Below are positions 28,910 to 38,013 of a DNA stretch of 64,000 bases, in pieces. This stretch comes from a virus, in IMG/VR virus record IMGVR_UViG_3300044972_000601, positions 32,001 to 96,000 of that record. One strand, given 5' to 3'. Every line of letters begins with the position of its first letter. Position 1 is the first letter of the stretch. Under the pieces are notes generated by a model that was not told the DNA's origin, ran no database searches, and worked only from the letters and a program-made list of their open reading frames with translations. A program made the position numbers and the translations under genes.

Positions 28910-29584
28910 TTAAACCATTGCCATGCCGTATGCGGCTGCTAGGGCGGCTGCATAACCAAATGTAACGGCACTGTTTACACCTGCAGGCTGGCTGGTCATT
29001 GTTAATGTTGTGAATCTTCCAGTGGATGCTGTGGTGGCACCTATTGAAACATTATTAATATCACCAGTGGTATTTGGGTTTGCAACAAATGTTCCAGTCC
29101 CCGACGGAGTTATAGATATAATTGCATTTGAGCCGCTAAATGCAACATTGCCTGATGCAGTTAATGCAGTAAATGCACCGGCAGCTGGGGTAATATTGCC
29201 AACAGTGACATTATTCATAGAACCTGTTGTTGCTGGTGCTATTGTTATAGTTCCAGTGCCAGTTGGGCTTAATGTTATTACAGCATTTGAAGAATTAAGA
29301 TTTACAGTGCTAGTTGCAGTTAATGTTGTAAAAGTTCCTGCTTTAGGTGTTATAGCACCAATAATAACGTTATTCATTGCACCAGTTGTCACTGGATTAA
29401 CTGCTAAACTGTTGGTCACTGTTAAATCTGCAATTGAGCTACCGGTATTAATAAACAACGTGTTTGTGGTTGCATTTGTTGTGACAGCTATTCCGTTTGT
29501 TCCCACCACATTTAATACGCTGTTGGATGCGTGAAGATTAATGGCATCTTGCCCACTGACCGCAAGTTGTGTATAACTGTTCAT
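28910..29584 (-). CDS. Fibre protein sharing the same ~40-aa repeat
   Basis: Three NP.TTG.(M/I)NNV.IG..T...G.FT.LT repeats. Confidence 0.65.
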   Translation of the reverse strand: MNSYTQLAVSGQDAINLHASNSVLNVVGTNGIAVTTNATTNTLFINTGSSIADLTVTNSLAVNPVTTGAMNNVIIGAITPKAGTFTTLTATSTVNLNSSNAVITLSPTGTGTITIAPATTGSMNNVTVGNITPAAGAFTALTASGNVAFSGSNAIISITPSGTGTFVANPNTTGDINNVSIGATTASTGRFTTLTMTSQPAGVNSAVTFGYAAALAAAYGMAMV

Positions 29585-30771
29585 ACTGCTGCTCCTAAAA
29601 GAATAGCCTGTAACTGGCCAAGTGTGATAAGTTGATTGCCCTGAGTGCTTTGATTTAAAACTGTTATAGTAGTAAATCTACCAGCAGCCGGTATTGATGA
29701 TCCAACATTTACATTATCTATAGAACCTATATTACTAGGCCCTATATTAACTGTACCAGTACCGCCAGGGCTTATGTTAACTGTTTGATTATTGCTGTTA
29801 AAGATTCCGTTATTATTAACAGTGAACGTTGTAAAAGAACCACTATTAGAACTTACTAATCCTATAGTGGTATTATTTATAGTTCCCACGGTTGCTGGAT
29901 TGACTGTAACAGTGCCGCTGCCTGTTGGTGCCAACGAAATTAGCTGATTATTACTAACAGCAGACACCGCTCCTATTGCTGTCAGTTCTGTAAATGTTCC
30001 AGACTCTGGCGTAAGTGTTCCTATGTTCACATTATTAAAATTGGATACTTCTACAGTATTTGCTGTGAATGTAGTAGTTACATTTAAATTAGCAATATTT
30101 TCTAAACTAAACGTTATTGCACTAGGAGCAGTTGTAATTGTAATAGCACCATCTGTATTTAAAATGTTTAGTTTTGTTAGAATAAAATCTGGAGCAAGCT
30201 CGGTTTGGCCAGGAACTTGTATTAACCCAATATTACCAATTGCCACGGATCCAGTTTCGTTAATTATCATGAATCCGTCTGACAGGTTAGTGTTATTCCA
30301 ATTTCTGAACACACCTAATTCGCCGCCGGCATTTGAACTTTCACCGTCAATTGTTGGAATATAAGTAGGAGTTAGACGTTCAAAATATGTAACTTTAAAA
30401 GTTAACTTGACATTTACTAATGGAGTAACACCATCATCTTGATAAAATGGGCTGGCTGTTACAATTACCCTAGATGCATCTGCCACGGCACTGAAACTTA
30501 CTAAATCTCTACCATTATTATTCCTGCCACTTACTGTAATTGATGCTTGTTCAGGGCGAGCTGATATTTTTACATTAATATGCTCAACATCGTTTTTTCC
30601 GTACTCTGCAACAATTTCATAAACCGCACTGGAAAACTCACCAACAAACCACGTGTCTATCACAGTGGCCGTTGGAATAGGTATTTCAGATCCTTTTACA
30701 GACCAGTTTACGCCCCTTTTAAGTCTTAGGGTATTTCTTAAGCCTCTAACAAAGTAGTCTGCAAAGTTCAT
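29581..30771 (-). CDS. Fibre/virion protein sharing the same repeat
   Basis: C-terminal N.V.IG..TP..G.FT repeats; AATAAATA at 30792-99 upstream. Confidence 0.65.
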   Translation of the reverse strand: MNFADYFVRGLRNTLRLKRGVNWSVKGSEIPIPTATVIDTWFVGEFSSAVYEIVAEYGKNDVEHINVKISARPEQASITVSGRNNNGRDLVSFSAVADASRVIVTASPFYQDDGVTPLVNVKLTFKVTYFERLTPTYIPTIDGESSNAGGELGVFRNWNNTNLSDGFMIINETGSVAIGNIGLIQVPGQTELAPDFILTKLNILNTDGAITITTAPSAITFSLENIANLNVTTTFTANTVEVSNFNNVNIGTLTPESGTFTELTAIGAVSAVSNNQLISLAPTGSGTVTVNPATVGTINNTTIGLVSSNSGSFTTFTVNNNGIFNSNNQTVNISPGGTGTVNIGPSNIGSIDNVNVGSSIPAAGRFTTITVLNQSTQGNQLITLGQLQAILLGAAV

Positions 30772-30813
30772 ATAGTCTCACTAGTACAATGTATTTATTC
30801 ATAGTCAGATATA

Positions 30814-30842
30814 TTGACTGTGCTCGCTAAAAATGCTAAATT
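30814..30842 (+). promoter_or_regulatory. Sigma70-type promoter for the HAD-like gene
   Basis: TTGACT-N17-TAAATT with an extended -10 TG; AGGAG SD downstream. Confidence 0.65.
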
Positions 30843-30863
30843 AATATAAATTAGGAGTTTGAC

Positions 30864-31445
30864 ATGGGTCGTTATTCGGAATATTTCAAAGAAGTATGGA
30901 AGTTGCAGGCAAACCGCAAGGTTATGGGTGTGGGATTGTTCAATGTATTGGTTGACAACACACGGGTTTTTACACCCGGTGATGCAATTATGCCTGTAGA
31001 AGGTGTTGACAAAGCAATACAGATTCTGTCTCAAAAAGGATACGATTTTATCATTATTACGGGCCAACCTTCTAGCAGAACCCGTGCTTTAGAAATGCAC
31101 GATTTTGAAAATATTATCACTGGAGCAAGACAGTTTATCGAACAACTAGGCGGCCGAGTTCGCAATGTTTATTATGCACCGGGTACTGATAAAAATGACC
31201 CGTATGTTAGACCAAATACGGGTATGTGGGAGCGTGCGGCATCAGAAAATAATCTCAAATGGGATGGGGTGCATTTTGTAGGAAGCGAAACAAACGATGT
31301 TAAAGCATCTACTAAAATGAAAGCTATTCCTGTTTTAATTAAAACTGCTAATAGCGAGTCTAAACTCAAAGCGTTTGAACTAACGCATCAAACTAAAGTA
31401 AAAGAATTTAGCAGTTTATTAGATTTTGCTAATTCGCTGGAATAA
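30864..31445 (+). CDS. GmhB/HisB-like HAD-fold protein with a degenerate active site
   Basis: PVEGVDKAIQIL..KGY..IIITGQ, YYAP....DPYVRPNTGMWERA and FVGS...DVKA...KAIPVLIKT match the GmhB layout, but DxDG is replaced by GLFNV. Confidence 0.7.
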   Translation: MGRYSEYFKEVWKLQANRKVMGVGLFNVLVDNTRVFTPGDAIMPVEGVDKAIQILSQKGYDFIIITGQPSSRTRALEMHDFENIITGARQFIEQLGGRVRNVYYAPGTDKNDPYVRPNTGMWERAASENNLKWDGVHFVGSETNDVKASTKMKAIPVLIKTANSESKLKAFELTHQTKVKEFSSLLDFANSLE

Positions 31446-31471
31446 AAAAAGGAGCTAAATGCTCCTTTTTT
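31444..31471. terminator. Bidirectional intrinsic terminator
   Basis: AAAAAAAGGAGC-TAAAT-GCTCCTTTTTT between convergent genes. Confidence 0.88.
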
Positions 31472-31472
31472 A

Positions 31473-32090
31473 TTAAAATACTCTAGAATTTAATATATCA
31501 TCTGCATTTCCAGTGCATCCTTTCCAGAATGTATTAAATGCAATAGTCCTACGTGCTGTATCTAGTTGTGCAGGAAAAACTTGATGTCCAACATTTGACA
31601 ATATCAGTAGCAAATGATTTTTAAGATTATCTTCGGAGCCAGCTAAATCTCTAATTGTTGCTTGTATTTGCTTTTTATACAAATAACAAGGAATCTCTTG
31701 GGAACTAGTATTCATAGCAAAATTTAAATTATCAGGATTATCGTCTAAGTATAATACACCACTGACAACGCTAAATGGGTGTGCGTGGTCTTGATGGCTA
31801 CCGCCTTGCGTGGATCTATTAGCCCACGAGTTAGTAATTTCTATTTTTTCAAATAGATTAACATTGTATGCATTTCTTAAATAGTCCTCGCATTCCTTCT
31901 CTAATGCTTCCTTAATTTCTTTAAATTCAGGTCTATTAAATAAATCTCGATTGATACTTATTTCATTATGTAGATTTTTTGTAAATTCAAGTTTGTCAAA
32001 CTCTGATCTGATGAGATCAAAATCAATCTCATCAGACAAGTCTTTAATTAAAATTAAATTAGTTGACAAATTAAAAAAACTATTCATCAA
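31473..32090 (-). CDS. Putative 2OG-Fe(II) oxygenase (TIGR02466-like)
   Basis: SWAN....GGSHQDHAHPFSVVSGVLYL...H.V.P....RRTIAFN. Confidence 0.75.
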   Translation of the reverse strand: MMNSFFNLSTNLILIKDLSDEIDFDLIRSEFDKLEFTKNLHNEISINRDLFNRPEFKEIKEALEKECEDYLRNAYNVNLFEKIEITNSWANRSTQGGSHQDHAHPFSVVSGVLYLDDNPDNLNFAMNTSSQEIPCYLYKKQIQATIRDLAGSEDNLKNHLLLILSNVGHQVFPAQLDTARRTIAFNTFWKGCTGNADDILNSRVF

Positions 32091-33799
32091 ACTTCCTGCA
32101 ATTCATTCTTCGTTAACAATTTTCCAATTTCAGGCAACCATAAGTATTTCATGCTAGAGCGATTCAAAGTGTCTAATGCTTCGCTTATTTTTTCAACTAG
32201 CGGATCTCCTGCCAAGTTAAAACTAGTATTGAACAAAATAGGTACACCTTTAATTTTATTAAACTCGCTGATCAAGTTATAATAGTGAGGATTCTGCTCT
32301 TGTGTAACTGTTTGCACACGACAAGTACCGTCTACGTGTGTAATTGCTGGAATCTTATCACGTTTGTCTGCTAGTACGTCAACAGCATACATCATACTAG
32401 GACTTTCTTTCCTACCTGCAAGGTCAAACCAGTCTAATGCGTGTTCTGCTAAACATGATCCAGCAAATGGACGGAACCATTCTCTGTTTTTAACTAGATT
32501 AACAATGTCTTTACCGTCAGGCACAGTTGGGTCAAATAAAATACTTCTGTTACCCAGTGCTCGTGGGCCTGCTTCGCTACGTCCTTGGAACAATGTAACA
32601 ATATTACCGTCTGCAATAAGTTTAGCTACATCACTAGCAGTAGTACCTTCAACGGTAAATCCGTCAAAGTTTGCGGCTGCATATTCTCCGGATCTATCTG
32701 GACCAATGTACAACGATGTCAATGGTGTTGGCTCGTTGTTACCTGTAATTTTCCTATAAACATACTGGCATGCACCCATAACTGTGCCGCCATCGTGACT
32801 AACTGGTTCGTGATAAAATTCAACATCTGGGAATTCTTTCAAAAATTCGTAGTTTGCAACGCAGTTTAAAACATAACCGCCGGCCATTACAATTTTCTTT
32901 TTACCTGTAATTTCGATAGTCTGTTTGATCAACGCAATTACCCGCTCTTCTGTAGATTTTTGTACAGCATAAGCTAGATCTTTTTGAAGATCGTTAATTG
33001 CAGATTCATCCTTATGCCACGATGCATCACTTTCGTGCTCTTTTAACTCGGGATTTAAATCGCATCGAATTACATTGCCTGCTGGAAACTTAGGTTTAAT
33101 CAAGTTACGATTGTTAAATTTACCTTCATGAATTTTAATACTATCATTTGGTTTACCGTAAGGTGCAATGCCCATAGTTTTGCCAGCTTCAATAGCATGG
33201 AATCCTAAGTATTGTGTTACAGCTTCGTAACTCTTTGTAATACCATGGCCGTCAGACATTTCAATATATGTATCGTTGTCGGTTAGGCTGAAACTATCTA
33301 CTAAATTAGTGCCGTAATGCACTAGATGTTTGGTAATTTCTGCTGGGTATGACAAACTCCAGATAGATTCTACTTCCCACGATTCATGTTTTAAACCTTC
33401 CATATCAGGCAAGTCTAAACCGCTGCCGGCGCCGTCGATAACAATAGCTGCGGCATCGTCGAATCCTGAATTATAAAATGCACAAACTGCATGAGTCATG
33501 TGATGATCATCACCTAACTTAATAGTTTCCATCTTATGCCCAGGTTGTTTCTTTCTTACATAACAGGTATATGCATCTTCGGCTGTCCAAGGAACTTGTC
33601 CAAACGCATTTCTAGTCCCGCATAAAATTAAGAAATCAATATGATCAGTATATTTGAATGCTTCTTCCATGCCTAAGAAAGGATTGCCATCGTACTTCAT
33701 TCTGCTTAATCGATCTTCTTCGATATAGTATACTAGTTTGTTATCTTCGTACAGCGCACAAGCACCGTTGTGCCCTACATTAATAGCCATTAACCACAT
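32087..33799 (-). CDS. Carbamoyltransferase, NodU/CmcH/TobZ family
   Basis: HHMTHA..AFYNSGF..A.AIVIDGAG, EAGKTMG.APYG, AGGY.LNCVAN, GRSEAGPRALGNRSIL, KNREWFRPFA, HVDGTCRVQTV, NTSFNLAG.P. Confidence 0.95.
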   Translation of the reverse strand: MWLMAINVGHNGACALYEDNKLVYYIEEDRLSRMKYDGNPFLGMEEAFKYTDHIDFLILCGTRNAFGQVPWTAEDAYTCYVRKKQPGHKMETIKLGDDHHMTHAVCAFYNSGFDDAAAIVIDGAGSGLDLPDMEGLKHESWEVESIWSLSYPAEITKHLVHYGTNLVDSFSLTDNDTYIEMSDGHGITKSYEAVTQYLGFHAIEAGKTMGIAPYGKPNDSIKIHEGKFNNRNLIKPKFPAGNVIRCDLNPELKEHESDASWHKDESAINDLQKDLAYAVQKSTEERVIALIKQTIEITGKKKIVMAGGYVLNCVANYEFLKEFPDVEFYHEPVSHDGGTVMGACQYVYRKITGNNEPTPLTSLYIGPDRSGEYAAANFDGFTVEGTTASDVAKLIADGNIVTLFQGRSEAGPRALGNRSILFDPTVPDGKDIVNLVKNREWFRPFAGSCLAEHALDWFDLAGRKESPSMMYAVDVLADKRDKIPAITHVDGTCRVQTVTQEQNPHYYNLISEFNKIKGVPILFNTSFNLAGDPLVEKISEALDTLNRSSMKYLWLPEIGKLLTKNELQEV

Positions 33800-33811
33800 G
33801 CTTAGGTATCC

Positions 33812-34735
33812 TTATTTTGTTGTTTTCTTAATATGTTCTTTGATGCCTGCAATGATAGTTTTTAATTCTTCTTTGCTAAAATCCATCAATGTATCGTTTA
33901 ATCTATCCGCTTCTTCGCTTGCAAATCCAGCAATCCTGATAGGACTATAAACTTTCTTTGCACCTTTCTTTTCAACAATATTGAAATGCTCTGGGAATGA
34001 AACATTAATGCCAAAAGTGCTTCCTAAGATTACAGTGCCAGGTTTATCAAAAGTATATGCAAGATGCTGTCCTACACTATCGCAACCAATAAAATAGTCG
34101 GAGCTTTCAATGATTGCAGCCCATACCCGCAATGGAACTTGTTCTTGAGGTTGGAACAAAGGCAAGTTTACTACGTCTAGTTTATGTTCACCCATGTAAA
34201 TCATGTTATAGTCTTTAGATAGTTCTGCTACAAGTTCCATAAACGTTGCTTGTTCAATACTACGACTGCTTCCGTCATATACAATACCTGGACCCATTTG
34301 ACTGCTACGGCCAAACGGCTGAATCACAATTGTTTTTTCTTTCTGATGCTGTTGTTTTACTTGAGTCATTAATCCAACAGCTGCCATTTCTTCGTGTTTG
34401 TTTAAGTTTAGGGTGGGCTTTTGATTTTTATCAGTACGCTCGCCTAAAATATCCCACCAAAAGCTCTGCTGTAAGCTACTTCTCTGGTTGTAGTATTCAT
34501 GATCTCTATAAGGTTCTGCACTAACACAGATATTGTCCTTAATAAGATCTTCAAATAACCCCTTGTGGTTAACGTCCCAGGCTTTGGCCTGTAATGTCGG
34601 ATGTCCCATGAACATCTCTAGTCCGCCTTCGCAAACAATTCCTGCAAGTTCACCTCTGCTATCTAATTCTTCTAGAGCGGGTATACTTGCTATAACACGG
34701 CCTGCGCCACCATTAATAAAGACAACTTTTTTCAT
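33812..34735 (-). CDS. GT-B glycosyltransferase, GT9 (ADP-heptose heptosyltransferase)-like
   Basis: N-terminal GGAGRVIASIPAL, IVIQPFG, and the GT9 signature AAII..SDYFIGCDSVGQHLAY.FDKP.TVILGST. Confidence 0.8.
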   Translation of the reverse strand: MKKVVFINGGAGRVIASIPALEELDSRGELAGIVCEGGLEMFMGHPTLQAKAWDVNHKGLFEDLIKDNICVSAEPYRDHEYYNQRSSLQQSFWWDILGERTDKNQKPTLNLNKHEEMAAVGLMTQVKQQHQKEKTIVIQPFGRSSQMGPGIVYDGSSRSIEQATFMELVAELSKDYNMIYMGEHKLDVVNLPLFQPQEQVPLRVWAAIIESSDYFIGCDSVGQHLAYTFDKPGTVILGSTFGINVSFPEHFNIVEKKGAKKVYSPIRIAGFASEEADRLNDTLMDFSKEELKTIIAGIKEHIKKTTK

Positions 34736-34754
34736 ATGATTCCTATAGTCTGGA

Positions 34755-34762
34755 TATTTATA
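34755..34762 (-). promoter_or_regulatory. T4-type late promoter for the GT-carbamoyltransferase-oxygenase operon
   Basis: Perfect TATAAATA 19 nt upstream of the GT ATG, with an AGGA SD in between. Confidence 0.75.
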
Positions 34763-34775
34763 CTAGCATATAATA

Positions 34776-35543
34776 CTATACAAGGTTTTCTGATATATAG
34801 TCAAGCAAAATTTTGCCGTATTCTTCGTGAACTATTGCATCAAAGTGGCCGGCCATTCGGCGACGGTCAATATGATTAACACTTCCCCAATTGTAAACTG
34901 CTTCTGAATTCAATTTGTAAAAATTTACACAGCTTGTATCGATAATTTTATAGTCAACTTTATCAACTGTGTTTACGAATATATGCTTGTAACCTTTTGA
35001 TTTTAAAAATTCATGTAACGCAATTATTCTAGCTTCCTGTTGGGGACGTTGCAGTTCGTCTGTCCACAAATAATCTACACAAAATGGTACAACATCTTCA
35101 ACTACACTATGAAGTTTACCCTTGGTCTGGACAACGGTTCCACAAGTTGGGTTGACAAACATTGTACCAAAATCTTTAAATTCTATAGGTGCATGTTCGC
35201 TTAAAAAAATATTGTTAAGATTAAGATTAAAATTTGGTATTTTGCTAAACCAAGCAGTACCATCAACTTCTGTTCTATGCAAACTAGACCAACCAATTAT
35301 AACAAATACATCTTCAGGGTTAGTGCCAGTTTTTTCTAACTCAAGTAGATCAAAGATAGTATTTCTAAAAATAAAATCGTTGGTTGCACCGTTATAAGAA
35401 TTGTTTATATAAGTTTCGCAATTTAATCCGGATGCAATAACTTTTGGAAATGCATATTCTTTATTATGTTCTTCTCGGTTGTAATCTTCTATAATCTCCA
35501 TTCCAAAGATAAATGAATCGCCGTTTGCATATAGTGTTTTCAT
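34776..35543 (-). CDS. SGNH/GDSL-like hydrolase or acyltransferase
   Basis: LYANGDSF block I, N.SYNGATND.I.R, IIGWS...R.E, C-terminal GHF....HEEY. Confidence 0.7.
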   Translation of the reverse strand: MKTLYANGDSFIFGMEIIEDYNREEHNKEYAFPKVIASGLNCETYINNSYNGATNDFIFRNTIFDLLELEKTGTNPEDVFVIIGWSSLHRTEVDGTAWFSKIPNFNLNLNNIFLSEHAPIEFKDFGTMFVNPTCGTVVQTKGKLHSVVEDVVPFCVDYLWTDELQRPQQEARIIALHEFLKSKGYKHIFVNTVDKVDYKIIDTSCVNFYKLNSEAVYNWGSVNHIDRRRMAGHFDAIVHEEYGKILLDYISENLV

Positions 35544-35546
35544 GAA

Positions 35547-35664
35547 TTATGTACTGTACGGATACCCAATGTTTGTTTGTTGTTTAGCAACCCATTCAAA
35601 TTGTTGCTCCATGTGGCCAGACATAGTTTGTAAGCGAACAACCAAAAGTAAAAAGTCTTGCCAT
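35547..35664 (-). pseudogene. Internally deleted remnant of a second SGNH-like gene
   Basis: ATG at 35664 gives MARLFTFGCSLTNYVWP (GCS block-I start) and then a stop; another frame gives EQQFEWVAKQQTNIGYPYST*, ending 3 nt before the SGNH ATG. Confidence 0.55.
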
Positions 35665-35741
35665 TATCTGTTATTGAAAGTATATCCTAGACTATATATA
35701 TGCAAACAAAAACTGTTTCGTGCCTAAACTGGAGATTTATC

Positions 35742-36380
35742 ATGTTGAAAAAAATTGTTAATGCATTTAGCGTACCTATATTAGAAACTCAATTTGATAA
35801 TGTTGATGCGTTGAACGTTTCTCTTTATGAAAATATAACTGCTATGTTTTCTGATATGGACGACAAGCGACTTTTGAGTTATGAATGGAACAACTTTGTA
35901 CTAACAGATAATCCAAAACCAGCAACAGGATATAGTTCGTTTAATCATGCAAGTCTAGTAGATAATCCTAATTTTAAAGAGTTCTTTGATATAATTACTC
36001 CGTTAATCACTGATTTTTTCAAACAACTAAATTTTCCCGAAGCTTCCCCGTTTATCAATAAGTGGAGTTTTGAAAATTCATGGGCAAGTGTATATCCGGA
36101 AGGTGCATGGGTTCCTAGTCATAATCACGGTAGCAGTCACTGGAGTGGTGTCTACTATGTAAAAGCAGATCCTGCATGTGGTGATTTAATATTCTCGGAT
36201 CCTAAAGAATATTCGTTAAGCAACGAACCTGCAAACACTAAATGGCGTGGCAATAATCGCCATATAATGGGAGCAATTCCGGGCAAGATGTATGTTTTTC
36301 CTGGGTATGTCAAACATGAATCACATCCTAATATGTCCGGCGAAGATCGAGTTATTATCAGTTTCAATATTAAAGCATGA
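35742..36380 (+). CDS. Putative 2OG-Fe(II) oxygenase (TIGR02466-like)
   Basis: Start MLKKIV with GGAG; SWASVYPEGAWVPSHNH...WSGVYYV...FPGYVKHES.PN.SGEDRVIISFNI. Confidence 0.85.
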   Translation: MLKKIVNAFSVPILETQFDNVDALNVSLYENITAMFSDMDDKRLLSYEWNNFVLTDNPKPATGYSSFNHASLVDNPNFKEFFDIITPLITDFFKQLNFPEASPFINKWSFENSWASVYPEGAWVPSHNHGSSHWSGVYYVKADPACGDLIFSDPKEYSLSNEPANTKWRGNNRHIMGAIPGKMYVFPGYVKHESHPNMSGEDRVIISFNIKA

Positions 36381-36955
36381 TATACGATCCTAATTTTCCA
36401 GAAATACTACAAACAACATTTGCAATAACTGCTGAGACTAGGCAACGGATGATCGATACTGTCTTGTCACAAAAAGATATTGGAAATTATTACGGTGGCT
36501 ACACGTTTCGAGTTGTAGATACAGAACAAGGCGATTTTAAAAAACTGTATAACTATACTATCGAATGCACTGAAAAAATATTTGGAAAGTTAATGCTTGC
36601 TCCTAAGAACAGATCTTGGTGTTGGGCAAATGTTTATAACAAAGATAGTTTTAGAACAAACATGCACGAACATAAAGGAACGTGTTCTATCAACGCAATT
36701 TATTATCTAAAAATACCCGATGACATTGCTAATAATGAAGGCGGATTGTCACTGGTAAAAGATGAAAAACTGTACGGTACATTTCAGCCGGACGAAGGCG
36801 ATCTTGTCATAATGCCAAGCTATGTTCCGCACGAGCCGCAGTATCACTCGTCGACTGATTATAGAATAGCAATTAATATGGAGATTGCAACATCTAATCA
36901 CAGTTCAAAATACTACACTAAGGAAAACATTTATGCCAACGCCACCATTCTATAA
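36377..36955 (+). CDS. Putative 2OG-Fe(II) oxygenase (TIGR02466-like)
   Basis: CWANV...HEH....INAIYYL...P.EGDLVIMPSYVPHEP......RIAIN. Confidence 0.75.
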   Translation: MIYDPNFPEILQTTFAITAETRQRMIDTVLSQKDIGNYYGGYTFRVVDTEQGDFKKLYNYTIECTEKIFGKLMLAPKNRSWCWANVYNKDSFRTNMHEHKGTCSINAIYYLKIPDDIANNEGGLSLVKDEKLYGTFQPDEGDLVIMPSYVPHEPQYHSSTDYRIAINMEIATSNHSSKYYTKENIYANATIL

Positions 36956-37475
36956 CCCATCTGTGTACGAACAAATTCGAGTATTATCTAAGCACTTGTT
37001 AGAAGAAGATGTATGTGATAAACTGATTAAAAACTACGATACTGATTTAGAATTAAAAAATCAAGATGGCGACAATAATGTATCTTATAGATCTGTTAAA
37101 ATAAAAGATATTGATATTAACGAAATCCCGGGATTACGGGATCAAGTATTATCTGCTAATTTTGAATATTATAGACTCAACGTCAATGCACTTAAATCTG
37201 ATTGTTTTTTTGCAAAATATGAAACGGGTATGCATTACCAAGAACTGCATATGGATTGTGTGCCTGGTGATCATCAGCGTAAAATAACTTTTACATTAAT
37301 GCTGAACGACGATTTTGAAGGCGGCCAATTTGAATTGTTAGGCAATACCTATATAGAAAAGGAAAGGGGAAAACTTTTGGTTCTCCCCTCTTTTCTTCCC
37401 CATCGAATCACACAAGTTACATCAGGTGTAAGATATGCAATCTTTGGGTGGTTTTACGGCCCTAACTTTATTTAA
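36933..37475 (+). CDS. 2OG-Fe(II) oxygenase, prolyl-hydroxylase/PKHD-like
   Basis: Likely start MPTPP (AGGA). KYETG..Y..LHMD...RKITFTLMLNDDFEGG.F...PSFLPHRIT.VTSGVRY...GW..GP gives HxD...H...R. Confidence 0.88.
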   Translation: MPTPPFYNPSVYEQIRVLSKHLLEEDVCDKLIKNYDTDLELKNQDGDNNVSYRSVKIKDIDINEIPGLRDQVLSANFEYYRLNVNALKSDCFFAKYETGMHYQELHMDCVPGDHQRKITFTLMLNDDFEGGQFELLGNTYIEKERGKLLVLPSFLPHRITQVTSGVRYAIFGWFYGPNFI

Positions 37476-37996
37476 ACTGTAGGAATTTCTACAGGTACTA
37501 AAGATAGTGGTTTTGCCTGAATCTCCACTGGATCTTTATGCTCGCTAGTTACAGTTCCGCCTGGACCAGTTACTGTTAGAACTACACTAATTACGACTTT
37601 TGTTGCTTGTTTTACAAATTCAATTTCGACAAACTCTTCTTGGCCGTATTCTTCTCCGTTGATAACCCAACTGTAAGTATCCCAAATACCGTTAGGAGTT
37701 GCATGGAATCCCAGTTTGACAGTGTTGCCGTTGTCTTTAACAACGTAGTTAGACCAGTCAGCGAACGGCGGCCCTGGCGGCGGTGTTGGGTTTTCAGCAA
37801 TGTGCTCTTCTAACCACTGTCCGCCACTGATCCATTCGTCGTTCTTAAATTTCCAACCTACATTAACATGGTCAGGAACTTGTTCCCAATACCCAGGCAG
37901 ATCGTTTTTTGCGATCTGATCTGGATGCCACAGTCCCGAAGGATCTTCGTCATGCGTTTGCATGATTTCATTGTTTACTATTTTTGCCCAAATCAT
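37472..37996 (-). CDS. Fibre-associated protein (Tfa-like N-terminus, PKD/Ig-like C-terminus)
   Basis: WAKIVNN.I...VPDHV.VGW N-terminus; YSWVING...V.LTVTGPGGT C-terminus; follows the Cys-rich pair. Confidence 0.5.
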   Translation of the reverse strand: MIWAKIVNNEIMQTHDEDPSGLWHPDQIAKNDLPGYWEQVPDHVNVGWKFKNDEWISGGQWLEEHIAENPTPPPGPPFADWSNYVVKDNGNTVKLGFHATPNGIWDTYSWVINGEEYGQEEFVEIEFVKQATKVVISVVLTVTGPGGTVTSEHKDPVEIQAKPLSLVPVEIPTV

Positions 37997-38013
37997 TTAT
38001 TTCTCCTGAATTA

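Noticed and set aside
35542-35727. 61-aa plus-strand ORF with several Cys
   Set aside because: No SD or motif; better explained as the antisense of the SGNH remnant.
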